A stretch of DNA of 62,340 nucleotides, filler included. It is 5 parts of 5 records of this genome, joined end to end, with 100 filler letters (N's around TTAATTAATTAA, not from the genome) between each part and the next. Parts side by side here need not be neighbours in the genome. Positions count along the whole stretch, not along the records: positions 14,755 to 32,468 come from SRR31156797_7444; 4 more parts are not named here. One strand, written 5' to 3'. The notes under the pieces are model-generated. The model was given only the letters and a program-made list of their open reading frames with translations. It searched no databases and was not told where the DNA came from. The translations under genes and the position numbers were made by a program. Below are positions 18,500-27,962 of the stretch, one piece after another. The stretch's first letter is position 1; each line of letters begins with the position of its first letter.

Positions 18500-18508
18500 G
18501 GATTATAT

Positions 18509-19693
18509 ATGAATGATATGAGAAGCGTATATATGGACAATGCAGCAACAACTCCTGTTCGTCAGGAAGCAGTTGATGCTATGATGCCATATTTTACAGA
18601 GAATTTTGGTAATACAAGCAGCGTACATAAATGGGGCAGACAAGCCAGAGAAGCCGTTGAAAGAGCAAGAAAGCAGGTAGCTGTTGCAATTGGAGCACAG
18701 CCTGATGAAATATTCTTTACAGCTGGTGCAACAGAGGCTGATAACTGGGGAATTCGTGGCTTTGCTGAACAAAACAAAAAAAAGGGCAATCACATTATTA
18801 CTTCTGTAATTGAGCATCATGCAGTTCTGCATTCATGCGAGCGGCTGGAGAAAGAGGGCTTTGAAGTTACGTATTTGCCAGTCGACGAATTTGGAAGAAT
18901 CAGTATTTCCGATTTAAAGGAAGCTATTAAGGATGCAACAATTTTAGTTACCATTATGATGGCAAACAATGAAATCGGAACTATAATGCCCGTACATGAA
19001 ATCGGAAAAGTCTGCAGTGATAAAGGCATTGCATTCCATACTGACGGAGTGCAGGCAGTTGGTAAAATGCCAATTGATGTAAAAGAAATGAATATTTCTA
19101 TGATGGCAATATCTGCTCATAAATTCTATGGACCCAAAGGGGTAGGGGCACTTTATATTAAGAAGGGTACTCGCCTAAAAAGATTTATTGAAGGCGGTGC
19201 TCATGAAAAGGGGAAACGTCCCGGCACTCTTAATCATGTAGGTATTGTAGGTATGGGGTGTGCTATAGAATTAGCTGCAAAAGAAGTTGAAGCAGAATCA
19301 GCCAGATTGACAAAAATAAGAGATGCTTTGATAAAGGGTATAAAGGATAATATTGACCATGTTGTATTAAATGGACATTCAACTGAAAGACTATGCAACA
19401 ATGTGAATATGTCAATCAGATATATAGAAGGTGAGGCATTACTCCTAAGCCTTGATATGGCTGGTATTGGTGCTTCTTCAGGTTCTGCGTGTACTTCTGG
19501 TTCACTAGACCCATCTCACGTACTACTGGGAATTGGTTTGACACATGAAGTTGCACACGGCAGTATAAGGCTGTCATTAGGACATATGAACAACACGGAT
19601 GATGTAGACTATGTGGTGGAAAAATTACAGGGAATCGTAGAACGATTAAGAGCGATGTCACCATTATGGGATGAGTCAAAGAAAAATAAATAA
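18509..19693 (+). CDS. iscS: cysteine desulfurase (IscS/NifS)
   Basis: YMDNAATT, IEHHAV, ANNEIG, HTDGVQ, SAHKFYGPKG (PLP Lys), SSGSACTS (catalytic Cys). Confidence 0.95.
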   Translation: MNDMRSVYMDNAATTPVRQEAVDAMMPYFTENFGNTSSVHKWGRQAREAVERARKQVAVAIGAQPDEIFFTAGATEADNWGIRGFAEQNKKKGNHIITSVIEHHAVLHSCERLEKEGFEVTYLPVDEFGRISISDLKEAIKDATILVTIMMANNEIGTIMPVHEIGKVCSDKGIAFHTDGVQAVGKMPIDVKEMNISMMAISAHKFYGPKGVGALYIKKGTRLKRFIEGGAHEKGKRPGTLNHVGIVGMGCAIELAAKEVEAESARLTKIRDALIKGIKDNIDHVVLNGHSTERLCNNVNMSIRYIEGEALLLSLDMAGIGASSGSACTSGSLDPSHVLLGIGLTHEVAHGSIRLSLGHMNNTDDVDYVVEKLQGIVERLRAMSPLWDESKKNK

Positions 19694-19740
19694 GATTACA
19701 TGGCATAGAATAAAAATTGCCGGAACATATGGAGGATATT

Positions 19741-20118
19741 ATGGCCGATATGTATAATAAGAACGTAATGGATCACTTTGCGAATCCTAGAAACGCTGGT
19801 GAGATGGAGAATGCCGATGGAGTAGGAACTGTTGGCAATGTAAAATGTGGAGATATTATGCAGTTTTACATAAAAGTTGATGATGGTATTATAACTGATG
19901 TTACTTTCAAGACATTTGGCTGCGGTGCAGCAATTGCTACATCATCAGCAGCAACTGAAATGATAAAAGGCATGACTTTGGAAGAGGCTGAAGAATTTAC
20001 AAATAAAGCAGTTTTGGAGGAATTAGGCGGATTGCCTGATGTGAAAATTCATTGTTCAGTATTGGCAGAGGAAGCATTGCATGCAGCAATAAAAGATTTT
20101 AGAGAAAAGCATGGATAA
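19741..20118 (+). CDS. iscU: Fe-S cluster scaffold protein (IscU/NifU N-terminal type)
   Basis: GGAGGA SD before ATG 19741; DHFANPRN, GNVKCGD, FKTFGCGAAIA, KIHCSVLA. Confidence 0.93.
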   Translation: MADMYNKNVMDHFANPRNAGEMENADGVGTVGNVKCGDIMQFYIKVDDGIITDVTFKTFGCGAAIATSSAATEMIKGMTLEEAEEFTNKAVLEELGGLPDVKIHCSVLAEEALHAAIKDFREKHG

Positions 20119-20497
20119 TCATGATAATACTGCAATTGTCATGGATTTCTGGTCAGATATGAATAACCAGTCTTGGAATGATTTATCTAGACATTTTCAT
20201 GATTCAGCAGTTATTAATTGGCACAATACAGGTGAACAATTTTCAGTCGAAGAATTTATATTAGTGAATAGTAAATATCCCGGTGATTGGATAATAAATA
20301 TAGAAAAAATTTTTGAAATCGAAAATATTGTGATGTCTATTGTAAAGGTAGTACATAATGACGCAGATATTTCATTTCATGCCAATTCATTATTTGAATT
20401 TAATAAAAGCAAAATCACTAGACTTGATGAATATTGGAGTGAAGACAGCGAACCTCCAAAATGGCGTATTGAAATGAATATTGGTAAAAGTATTTAA
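20111..20497 (+). CDS. NTF2/SnoaL-like protein
   Basis: FW..MN.Q.W..L, INW..TGE, YPGDW, F.F...KI..LDEYW; overlaps iscU stop. Confidence 0.75.
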   Translation: MDNHDNTAIVMDFWSDMNNQSWNDLSRHFHDSAVINWHNTGEQFSVEEFILVNSKYPGDWIINIEKIFEIENIVMSIVKVVHNDADISFHANSLFEFNKSKITRLDEYWSEDSEPPKWRIEMNIGKSI

Positions 20498-20601
20498 ATA
20501 AGAAAAAATCAATTTACTAAAAATTCCTTTTTTTAAAAGGGATTTTTTTTTGATTTACGTCAAAAATAATAATGGTAACAAAATTATAAGGAGGAAATGT
20601 A

Positions 20602-20763
20602 ATGGGCAAATTGGTTAAAGGAATGATTTGGGGCTCAGCAATTGGAATGACAGCCGCTGCTGCAGCCATTACTATGATGGAGCCACGTGTCGGCAGAGTG
20701 TTGCAAAGAAGATCTAAACAAGCTGCAAGACAAATGAAGAGAAAATTTGACAACATGATGTAG
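20602..20763 (+). CDS. small (53 aa) membrane-anchored protein, YtxH-like N-terminus; not in supplied ORF track
   Basis: Strong AAGGAGGA SD; MGKLVKGMIWGSAIGMTAAAAAITMMEPRVGRVLQRRSKQAARQMKRKFDNMM-stop. Confidence 0.7.
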   Translation: MGKLVKGMIWGSAIGMTAAAAAITMMEPRVGRVLQRRSKQAARQMKRKFDNMM

Positions 20764-20851
20764 TGCTCTGCATTAAATCATTAGAGCAGGCTGATAAAGT
20801 GTAGATTAAGAATTATTTTGTAATAATTACAATATTACAAATCAGCCGGCT

Positions 20852-21118
20852 CTAAACAATTGCCTGCAGTATCAGAAGCATTGCAACACCAGGTACACCT
20901 AAGATACCGCTAACAAAGCATGTGAACAGATTGACTGAAATACTTATTCCTACAAATGAACCAATCAGATTTGTGAGAGTTAATGTTACAATACCTAAGA
21001 TTGACCAGAATATTGTTTTCAAAAGCCACTTTAACGGTGAAAGCAGCATCCAGCCTAATAAGTACAAGATTATAATTGCTGATAAATATGCAGCTATCAT
21101 TGGCAGATTAAGTGACAT
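20852..21118 (-). CDS. bofA: pro-sigmaK processing inhibitor BofA family protein
   Basis: Start reassigned to ATG 21118 (GAGGT SD); PLKWLLK...SILG...NLIG...VNLFT..VSGILGVPGV is the BofA signature. Confidence 0.85.
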   Translation of the reverse strand: MSLNLPMIAAYLSAIIILYLLGWMLLSPLKWLLKTIFWSILGIVTLTLTNLIGSFVGISISVNLFTCFVSGILGVPGVAMLLILQAIV

Positions 21119-21140
21119 AGTATACCTCAGATTATTAATA

Positions 21141-21169
21141 TTGACTAAAATAAATATTTTATATATTAT
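21141..21169 (+). promoter_or_regulatory. sigmaA-type promoter directly in front of sigH start codon
   Basis: TTGACT (21141-21146)-17 nt-TATTAT (21164-21169); ATG at 21177. Confidence 0.55.
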
Positions 21170-21176
21170 AATAAAT

Positions 21177-21785
21177 ATGAGTATTGAATATGAAAATATG
21201 ACTGATGAAGAGCTTGTGAAATTATCATATGATGACAAAGCAGCACTTAATTACCTAATGAATAAATACAAGAATTTTGTTCTTTCCAAAACCCGACCTT
21301 ATTTTCTAATAGGCGGCGATAATGACGACCTTATTCAGGAGGGAATGATTGGACTTTACAAGGCTGTCTTAGATTATGATAATGATAGAAATGTAAAGTT
21401 CAGAACTTTTGCAGACCTATGTATAACAAGACAGATTATTACTGCTGTAAAGGCATCTACCAGACAAAAGCATATGCCTCTTAATACATATTTATCACTT
21501 GACAAATTCCTATATGACAATGAAACAGATATGACCATTGGCGAGCTTTTGATGAATAATTCTTATTCAGAACCTGAACAAAGTGTCATACGAGATGAAA
21601 ATATTAACCAATTAAAACAAGCCATGGATTCTGTACTGTCCAAGATGGAGCGAAAAGTGCTTACTAAGTACTTAAATGGCGAGTCCTATAAAGAAATCTC
21701 ACAAAGCCTTGATAAAGATATAAAATCTATTGACAACGCACTGCAAAGAGTAAGAAAAAAACTTGATGTATTTTTTAATAAATAA
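21177..21785 (+). CDS. sigH: RNA polymerase sigma factor SigH
   Basis: YFLIGGD.DDLIQEGMIGLYKA, FADLCITRQIITAVK, RQKHMPLNTYLSLDK, KSIDNALQRVRKKL; true start 21177 (supplied 20922 start overlaps bofA). Confidence 0.93.
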   Translation: MSIEYENMTDEELVKLSYDDKAALNYLMNKYKNFVLSKTRPYFLIGGDNDDLIQEGMIGLYKAVLDYDNDRNVKFRTFADLCITRQIITAVKASTRQKHMPLNTYLSLDKFLYDNETDMTIGELLMNNSYSEPEQSVIRDENINQLKQAMDSVLSKMERKVLTKYLNGESYKEISQSLDKDIKSIDNALQRVRKKLDVFFNK

Positions 21786-21854
21786 TAGACATTAACTATA
21801 AATATATTATAATAATTTCTGTGGTTAATAATTCTAGTGAAAGAGTAAATTTAG

Positions 21855-22718
21855 ATGAAAAAATCGATAATGAATTCAAAGGCTAAGCACATTGTGATGA
21901 TTGTAATTGGCACCTTCTTGGTTGCTGTAGCATTCTCTTTGTTTTTTATTCCAAATGAAATTGCTCCAGGTGGTGTGTCTGGCTTTGCAACATTGCTAAA
22001 TGCATTGTTTGGTCTGCCTGTTGGATGGATAATGCTTTTGTGTAATGTTCCACTTTTTTTATTTGGCTGGAAGAACAATGGCATGGCTTTTATGCTATAT
22101 TCTTTATTATCTACAGTATTGTTATCTGTATTTATTGAAGTTCTAAATGTATCAGATGGCTGGATGAAAGTAGTTACACAGGATTTGCTTTTGAGCACTG
22201 TGATAGGAGGCGCATTAGGGGGCTTAGGTGTAGGAATTGTATTGAAGCAGGGAGTCACTACAGGAGGCACTGATTTATTAGCAATGCTGATTAATAATTT
22301 GTTCCCCAATATAAGTATTGCATGGGTATTGTTTTCCATTGATTTTCTGGTTGTAGCTGCTGCAGTAGTATTCTTGTCACCATTAGTTGGACTTTATGCT
22401 TTGGTTGCTCTTTTTATAATGTCAAGAGTTATTGACTTTGTACAGACCGGTATAGATTCAGCGAAAGCGTTTATGATAATTTCAGATAAATCTGATGATA
22501 TACAGCAAGATATAATAGAGACTATGGATAGAGGTGCGACCATCATTGACGGTCATGGTGCATTTACCAAAGAAAAAAAGAATATAATATTATGTGTTGT
22601 ACATAGGAATCAGATAACTAAACTAAGGACTATTGTGAAGGCACACGATGAGAATGCATTTATAATGATTTACAATGTTAAGGAAGTAGAGGGAGAAGGC
22701 TTTAGCAGAGAAAATTAG
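21855..22718 (+). CDS. YitT family membrane protein
   Basis: FFIPNEIAPGGVSG, NVPLF, TTGGTD, RGAT..G.GAFT, DENAFI..V.EV.GEGF. Confidence 0.9.
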   Translation: MKKSIMNSKAKHIVMIVIGTFLVAVAFSLFFIPNEIAPGGVSGFATLLNALFGLPVGWIMLLCNVPLFLFGWKNNGMAFMLYSLLSTVLLSVFIEVLNVSDGWMKVVTQDLLLSTVIGGALGGLGVGIVLKQGVTTGGTDLLAMLINNLFPNISIAWVLFSIDFLVVAAAVVFLSPLVGLYALVALFIMSRVIDFVQTGIDSAKAFMIISDKSDDIQQDIIETMDRGATIIDGHGAFTKEKKNIILCVVHRNQITKLRTIVKAHDENAFIMIYNVKEVEGEGFSREN

Positions 22719-22723
22719 AAATT

Positions 22724-22754
22724 AAAAAAAGTCTTTATAAAAAAAGACTTTTTT
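22724..22754. terminator. bidirectional intrinsic terminator
   Basis: A7-GTCTTT-loop-AAAGAC-T6 between convergent genes. Confidence 0.7.
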
Positions 22755-22762
22755 GTTATTAA

Positions 22763-25700
22763 TTAAGCTTTTTTATAAATATATTTTACCCGCAGCTCAT
22801 CTTCAATTGATGTTTGGGGTATAGCATTTAAATAATAATGCCCCTGAGCTCTGTAAATAGGTATCTCCTTTAATAGCTGTATTTGTTCCTGCGTTTCTAC
22901 ACCATTAACAACAATACCCAGATTCAAGTTATGTGCGAGACTTGTCATTAAATTAAGTTTTTCTCTTGATTCTTTTGTAACTCCCTTTTTCAATAATTTT
23001 TTTGATACTTTTAAAACATTGATTGGACTTTGAGCAATCATTGGCATAATAGATTTGTCTGCTGTGAATTTATCTATTGCTATATTGACTCCTAGATTTG
23101 CAAGTTCTTTAATTACTGCAGAAATATTTGTATACTTTGTAGTAAAGGCTGTTTCAGCTATTTCCAGCTCAAGTGCTCGATACGGTATGCCAATCTCCTT
23201 GTTGAGCTTTTTTATTACTGCAACAATATCTGTTTCAGCTAGGGTGAATTCAGATACATTGCATGATATGATGAAATTGAAGTCTATTATTTCCATAGCT
23301 TTCCACTCCATATATGCTATGCATGATTTAGCTAATATGCTTATATCAAGTATAGATATATCTGGGCTATTATCAATTATTGGAAGGAATTCTTTAGGAT
23401 AAATCATTCCATGCTTTTCGTCGTTCCAGCGTGCAAGTGCTTCTAAACCAATTATTCTGCCGTCTCTAATATCAACTTTAGGCTGGAAATATGGCTCAAT
23501 ATTATTTTGAATATTCTTGGATGTAAGCCTTTCACGAAGGTACTGATCTTTGTTATGTTTGGCAACAACTTCATCTGTTGCAATGATGTATTTATTCCTG
23601 CCGGTTTCCTTTGCAATGTATAAAGCAGTGTCAACTTTTTTATAAAGTTCTTCAATATCTTTTTCATTGCTTTTAAAAGCAATGCCAATGGAAGCGGTAG
23701 TTTTATGTTCGGTATTATTGATTACAACACCCTTAGATATTTCATATAATATTTTTGTAGCAATTGATATTATTTTATCCTCTGAATCCTCTTCTTGATT
23801 AACAATCAATATTGAGTCAATTGACACCGTGTATAGCTTATAAACCTGAGTATCAATTAGTTCTTTAATTCTCTGAGCGATTTCAAAAGCAAACCTATCA
23901 CCTGCTTCATGGCTGAACAACTCATTAATTCTCTTGAAATTATCAATATCAACAAGCATTAGTGATGCAGGAGCCAGTTTATTGTCATTGTAGAAAGCAG
24001 TTCTGTTCAGAAGTCCTGTAGTTTTATCTACGAAAGCAATCTCTCTAACTTTTTCATTGGTTTTACGAATACGTATGATAAAGAATACAAACAATGTAAC
24101 AATTAACGCAAAAGCTAGGAATATAATGATAAGTAAATCTCTTGTTTTTGTTCTAAGAACTTCGTTAACGTTAGTATTATAGGATAAATAGTTCTTTTTT
24201 ATTTCCTCCGGATGTGAATAAGGATAGACTTTATTAAAAATTGAACATAATATTTGCCCTTTTTCATTGTCTGCAAAAGCTACAGTAGAGTAAGCTGGTG
24301 ATATAACATATTTTACTGCTAAATCAAATAATTGTGAATTATAATAATATTCATCAAATTCAAATTCTGTTAGAATAATATAGTCAATTTCTTTATTTAT
24401 CACTGCATTTACCAGTTGGTCATTATCCTTGAAATCGCTATTGAATACTTCATTAGGCAGATAGCTTCTGAGAACATCAGTTGAAGATGATCCTTCAACC
24501 ACTCCAACTTTTGAACCTGATAATTGATATACATCATAAATATCTGAGTTACTGTGAAGACCTACAATCACGTACTCATCAGTAAGAATTGGATTAGACA
24601 GCTGTATATTATGCTGAGTTAGGGTAGTTGAGTTCGCAGGAATAATGGCATCGACATTTGCTTCACTTTCTTCATAATCAAGTGAACTAAGCATTTCATT
24701 CCATGTATTATCCACTTTAACCAGATTGTAGTTAATGCCAGCAATTTCAGCTACACTATCCCAAACTTCGTAAGATACACCGCTGAATTCACCAGTTTCT
24801 GAGTTGTAATATATGTATGGAGGGTTATCGCCTTGAGTAATTAGCTGTAATTGGTTTTGCTGAGTTGCTTGGATGAGTTCTTTTTCATCATCGTTAAAGA
24901 TACAGCCACCACTTACCAGCATTGTAGCGTACTCCTCCATATAGTTGTGTTTCAGGTCATTCATATATTCGTTATAATCATATAATTTTTCTAAAACAGA
25001 AGCTATACTTTCAATATCTTCATTTAGAGTAGAAAAGGCTATGTTACATAATTTGTCAGGAAACAATTGAGATACGTTGGTAAAACTACAGCCTTTTTGA
25101 ATCATATTTGTTGAGAAAGTCTGGATAACAATATCTACTTCATTATTTTTCAATGCCTTTAGAGCTTGATATTCTGATATATAATTATTAATAACGGTAT
25201 AATTAATATCGTTGTCTGAAAGCATTTGTTTCATATCGTCACTAAAAATATTCAAATCATTTAAGACGCCGATTTTAAATCCGTTTAAGTCAGTTGCTTG
25301 TTCAATAGTTATAGATTCAAGAGAATACGCATACAATAGATCAGTTGTAGTATTATCATTTAGGTAAACAGAGTTTTTAATTTGACTTGTACGTGTATAT
25401 GTATTCATAAGCATATCAAGTTGTCCAGTTTCTATGCCAGTAATACCAGAACTAAGGGGAAGTATTTCAATACCTATATTAATATCGAGAATTTTCTCAA
25501 TTGCTTCAACCTCAAAGATGCTTACGCCTAATTCATAATAAAGATCCTCATAAGTTAATACCTCAGATTTAGCTGCCCAATCGTAACAACCTGCTCTCAA
25601 TGTATTACCATATTGCCTATACTTCTCAAGCACTTCCTCTTCTTGGCTTGTTAAGTTTAAATCTGTGTATGATAAATCAATATTGCGGAGAATAGTATTA

Positions 25701-25828
25701 TGCAGATTATGAGGCATGGTTTTGGAATAAGTGTATTCATATTCTTTGTTTCCAGAACTGCTGCATGAAGTAAGGGCTATTGATAGCAGTAGTACTAAAA
25801 TAATTATTATGGATTTGTATCTTTTCAT
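22763..25828 (-). CDS. lipoprotein-signal sensor with extracellular substrate-binding domains, one TM helix and degenerate GGDEF-EAL domains
   Basis: Lipobox LTSC; SBP-3-like repeats (NPPY, KVGVVEGS); TM LLIIIFLAFALIVTLFVFFII; DKTTGLLNR, DIDNFKRIN, AGD; FQPKVD, GLEALARW. Confidence 0.88.
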   Translation of the reverse strand: MKRYKSIIIILVLLLSIALTSCSSSGNKEYEYTYSKTMPHNLHNTILRNIDLSYTDLNLTSQEEEVLEKYRQYGNTLRAGCYDWAAKSEVLTYEDLYYELGVSIFEVEAIEKILDINIGIEILPLSSGITGIETGQLDMLMNTYTRTSQIKNSVYLNDNTTTDLLYAYSLESITIEQATDLNGFKIGVLNDLNIFSDDMKQMLSDNDINYTVINNYISEYQALKALKNNEVDIVIQTFSTNMIQKGCSFTNVSQLFPDKLCNIAFSTLNEDIESIASVLEKLYDYNEYMNDLKHNYMEEYATMLVSGGCIFNDDEKELIQATQQNQLQLITQGDNPPYIYYNSETGEFSGVSYEVWDSVAEIAGINYNLVKVDNTWNEMLSSLDYEESEANVDAIIPANSTTLTQHNIQLSNPILTDEYVIVGLHSNSDIYDVYQLSGSKVGVVEGSSSTDVLRSYLPNEVFNSDFKDNDQLVNAVINKEIDYIILTEFEFDEYYYNSQLFDLAVKYVISPAYSTVAFADNEKGQILCSIFNKVYPYSHPEEIKKNYLSYNTNVNEVLRTKTRDLLIIIFLAFALIVTLFVFFIIRIRKTNEKVREIAFVDKTTGLLNRTAFYNDNKLAPASLMLVDIDNFKRINELFSHEAGDRFAFEIAQRIKELIDTQVYKLYTVSIDSILIVNQEEDSEDKIISIATKILYEISKGVVINNTEHKTTASIGIAFKSNEKDIEELYKKVDTALYIAKETGRNKYIIATDEVVAKHNKDQYLRERLTSKNIQNNIEPYFQPKVDIRDGRIIGLEALARWNDEKHGMIYPKEFLPIIDNSPDISILDISILAKSCIAYMEWKAMEIIDFNFIISCNVSEFTLAETDIVAVIKKLNKEIGIPYRALELEIAETAFTTKYTNISAVIKELANLGVNIAIDKFTADKSIMPMIAQSPINVLKVSKKLLKKGVTKESREKLNLMTSLAHNLNLGIVVNGVETQEQIQLLKEIPIYRAQGHYYLNAIPQTSIEDELRVKYIYKKA

Positions 25829-26055
25829 AATGCACCTTCGTTTGCTTTGAACTTTCTATCTCTATATATATAACTTAGTTAATCTATTTTTAATCATAAA
25901 ATCTGTAAATATATTAATAAAATATTTTTATATGCCTAATTTGATATTAGATTAAATGGAATAAAGTAAATATATCGTTATTAATGTAACTAAATTTAAA
26001 TTGTTATCATAGTATACCATAAGCCCGATTAATTGGTTTATATAGATTTACTATT

Positions 26056-26080
26056 GAGTGCATTCTGCACTCTCTTTTTT
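26056..26080 (+). terminator. orphan intrinsic terminator in divergent intergenic region
   Basis: GAGTGCA-TTC-TGCACTC-TCTTTTTT with no + strand CDS upstream. Confidence 0.55.
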
Positions 26081-26101
26081 GTATAAATATGCATTTTGAG
26101 T

Positions 26102-26130
26102 TTGACTTTATCTTGCTTTTAAAGTATATT
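26102..26130 (+). promoter_or_regulatory. sigmaA promoter of the yitJ operon
   Basis: TTGACT-17 nt-TATATT; AAGGAG SD before TTG 26172. Confidence 0.6.
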
Positions 26131-26171
26131 TATCTAAAGTAATTTACGGTAAATAACTAAAGGAGACTAAA

Positions 26172-27962
26172 TTGAGCATCAGAAAAACTATTGGTGAATA
26201 TTTAAAGGATAATCTAATCTTTTTTGATGGGGCATTTGGTACGTATTATTCGGAAAAATACAATGATATTAACTGCGAAATTGCTAACATACAGCACCCT
26301 GACAGAGTTCTGGGCATACATAATGAATACGCTGATGCAGGAGCTAATTTTCTGCGTTGTAATACATTTAGTGCAAACTCATCTAATCCTATCTTAGATG
26401 AACAAACATGTGAAAAAATAATCCGAGAAGGATACAAAATAGCTCAAAAGGCTGCAAGCAACCATGAAAATTGTTATCCATGTGCTGACATTGGACCAAT
26501 TCATATTGATTCAAGCAATGATGATTCACAGATAGTTGATGAATATAAGAAAATTATAGATATATTTATTGATGAAGGTGCTAAGATTTTTGTATTTGAA
26601 ACTATATCAAATCCATATTTGCTACTTGAATCAATAAAGTATCTCAGAAGAAAGTGTACAGAAGCATTCATTATATGTCAGTTTGCAGTACGTCCAGATG
26701 GTTATACAAAGAACCTGATAAGTGTACGCAGAATAGTTGAAGTGCTAAAGGACTGTGACCTAGATTGTATTGGGTTAAATTGTGCCAGCGGACCTATACA
26801 TATGCTTGGTAATTTGAAGAAACTTGTTAAGTACTCTAATCTGCCTATATCTGTTCTTCCTAATGCAGGCTCTCCAAGAATGTATGAAGGCAGACAGATT
26901 TATACTGCACCCCATGAATACTTTGCTGATATAGCATTGGAAATGGTCAGAACAGGTGCTGGAATGGTAGGCGGCTGCTGTGGTACAAGACCAGAATATA
27001 TTAAGGAAATAGTAGGGAAATGCAGTGCTATAGGCGTTGAAAGCATAAAGACAACACATATTTGTGCATCATATAATGATATAAAGGATTCTTATGTGCC
27101 AAACAATGTTGATATCCTAGTGGAGATGGCACCTCCCAAAAGTCATAAATTAAATAAATACTTTGAAAAATGCTCGAAGTTATCTGATATCGGAGTAAAA
27201 AGCATTACTATTCCTGATTCGCCTCTGGCAATTACCAGAATGAATTCAACAACTTTGGCTACCCATGTAAAGGATAAGCATGGATTAAATCCAATACCTC
27301 ACATCTGCTGTAGAGACAGAAATATCATAGGTATTAAATCTGATATTTTGTCAGGATATGCTCTAGGTGTTCGAGACATTGTTTGTATAACAGGTGACCC
27401 TGTTGCAGCTGGCAGCAGAGATGATATAAAATCTGTCTATAATCTAAATAGTATTACACTTATAAAGATGATAAATCAGATGAATATGGAATTAGCAAAA
27501 GATGATCCTATTAATATATATGCAGCGTGCAACTTCGGGGCAGTAAATTTCGACAATATGCTTCTGCGTTCTAAGAAAAAGGTAGATGCCGGAGCAATTG
27601 GATTTCTGTCTCAGCCGGTATTTTGCATGGATGATATTGAAAAAATTAAAAGGTTTAAAAAAGAAATTGATGCTAAACTATATATAGGGATAATGCCGCC
27701 AGTAAGTTATAAGAATGCCCTGTTTCTAAACAACGAAGTTCCTGGAATAAGTATTCCTAAAGAAGTAGTTGAAGCGTTTAAGAATATAGAAGATAGGGGA
27801 GAAGCTGAGGAAATAGGATGCAAAGTGGTATCTGATATTGCAAAGAATGCATTGGATTTCGCAGATGGACTATATATTATTCCGCCTTTTGGCAGGATTT
27901 CATGTATAAGCAGAATTATGAACAATTTAAGCGATACTAGGGGGAAAAATGAAAAGAGCTGA
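26172..27962 (+). CDS. yitJ: bifunctional homocysteine S-methyltransferase / 5,10-methylene-THF reductase (YitJ-like)
   Basis: DGAFGT, NTFSAN, GLNC, PNAG, GGCCGT (Zn ligands); then VEMAPP, PHICCRDRN, ITGDP, SQPVF, FLNNEVPGI (MTHFR domain). Confidence 0.9.
   Translation: MSIRKTIGEYLKDNLIFFDGAFGTYYSEKYNDINCEIANIQHPDRVLGIHNEYADAGANFLRCNTFSANSSNPILDEQTCEKIIREGYKIAQKAASNHENCYPCADIGPIHIDSSNDDSQIVDEYKKIIDIFIDEGAKIFVFETISNPYLLLESIKYLRRKCTEAFIICQFAVRPDGYTKNLISVRRIVEVLKDCDLDCIGLNCASGPIHMLGNLKKLVKYSNLPISVLPNAGSPRMYEGRQIYTAPHEYFADIALEMVRTGAGMVGGCCGTRPEYIKEIVGKCSAIGVESIKTTHICASYNDIKDSYVPNNVDILVEMAPPKSHKLNKYFEKCSKLSDIGVKSITIPDSPLAITRMNSTTLATHVKDKHGLNPIPHICCRDRNIIGIKSDILSGYALGVRDIVCITGDPVAAGSRDDIKSVYNLNSITLIKMINQMNMELAKDDPINIYAACNFGAVNFDNMLLRSKKKVDAGAIGFLSQPVFCMDDIEKIKRFKKEIDAKLYIGIMPPVSYKNALFLNNEVPGISIPKEVVEAFKNIEDRGEAEEIGCKVVSDIAKNALDFADGLYIIPPFGRISCISRIMNNLSDTRGKNEKS

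Noticed and set aside
20922-21238. Long N-terminal extensions of SigH (from 20922) and BofA (from 21238) giving overlapping antisense genes
   Set aside because: Family homology starts at 21177 and 21118; the extensions are read-through of the opposite gene and the AT-rich spacer.
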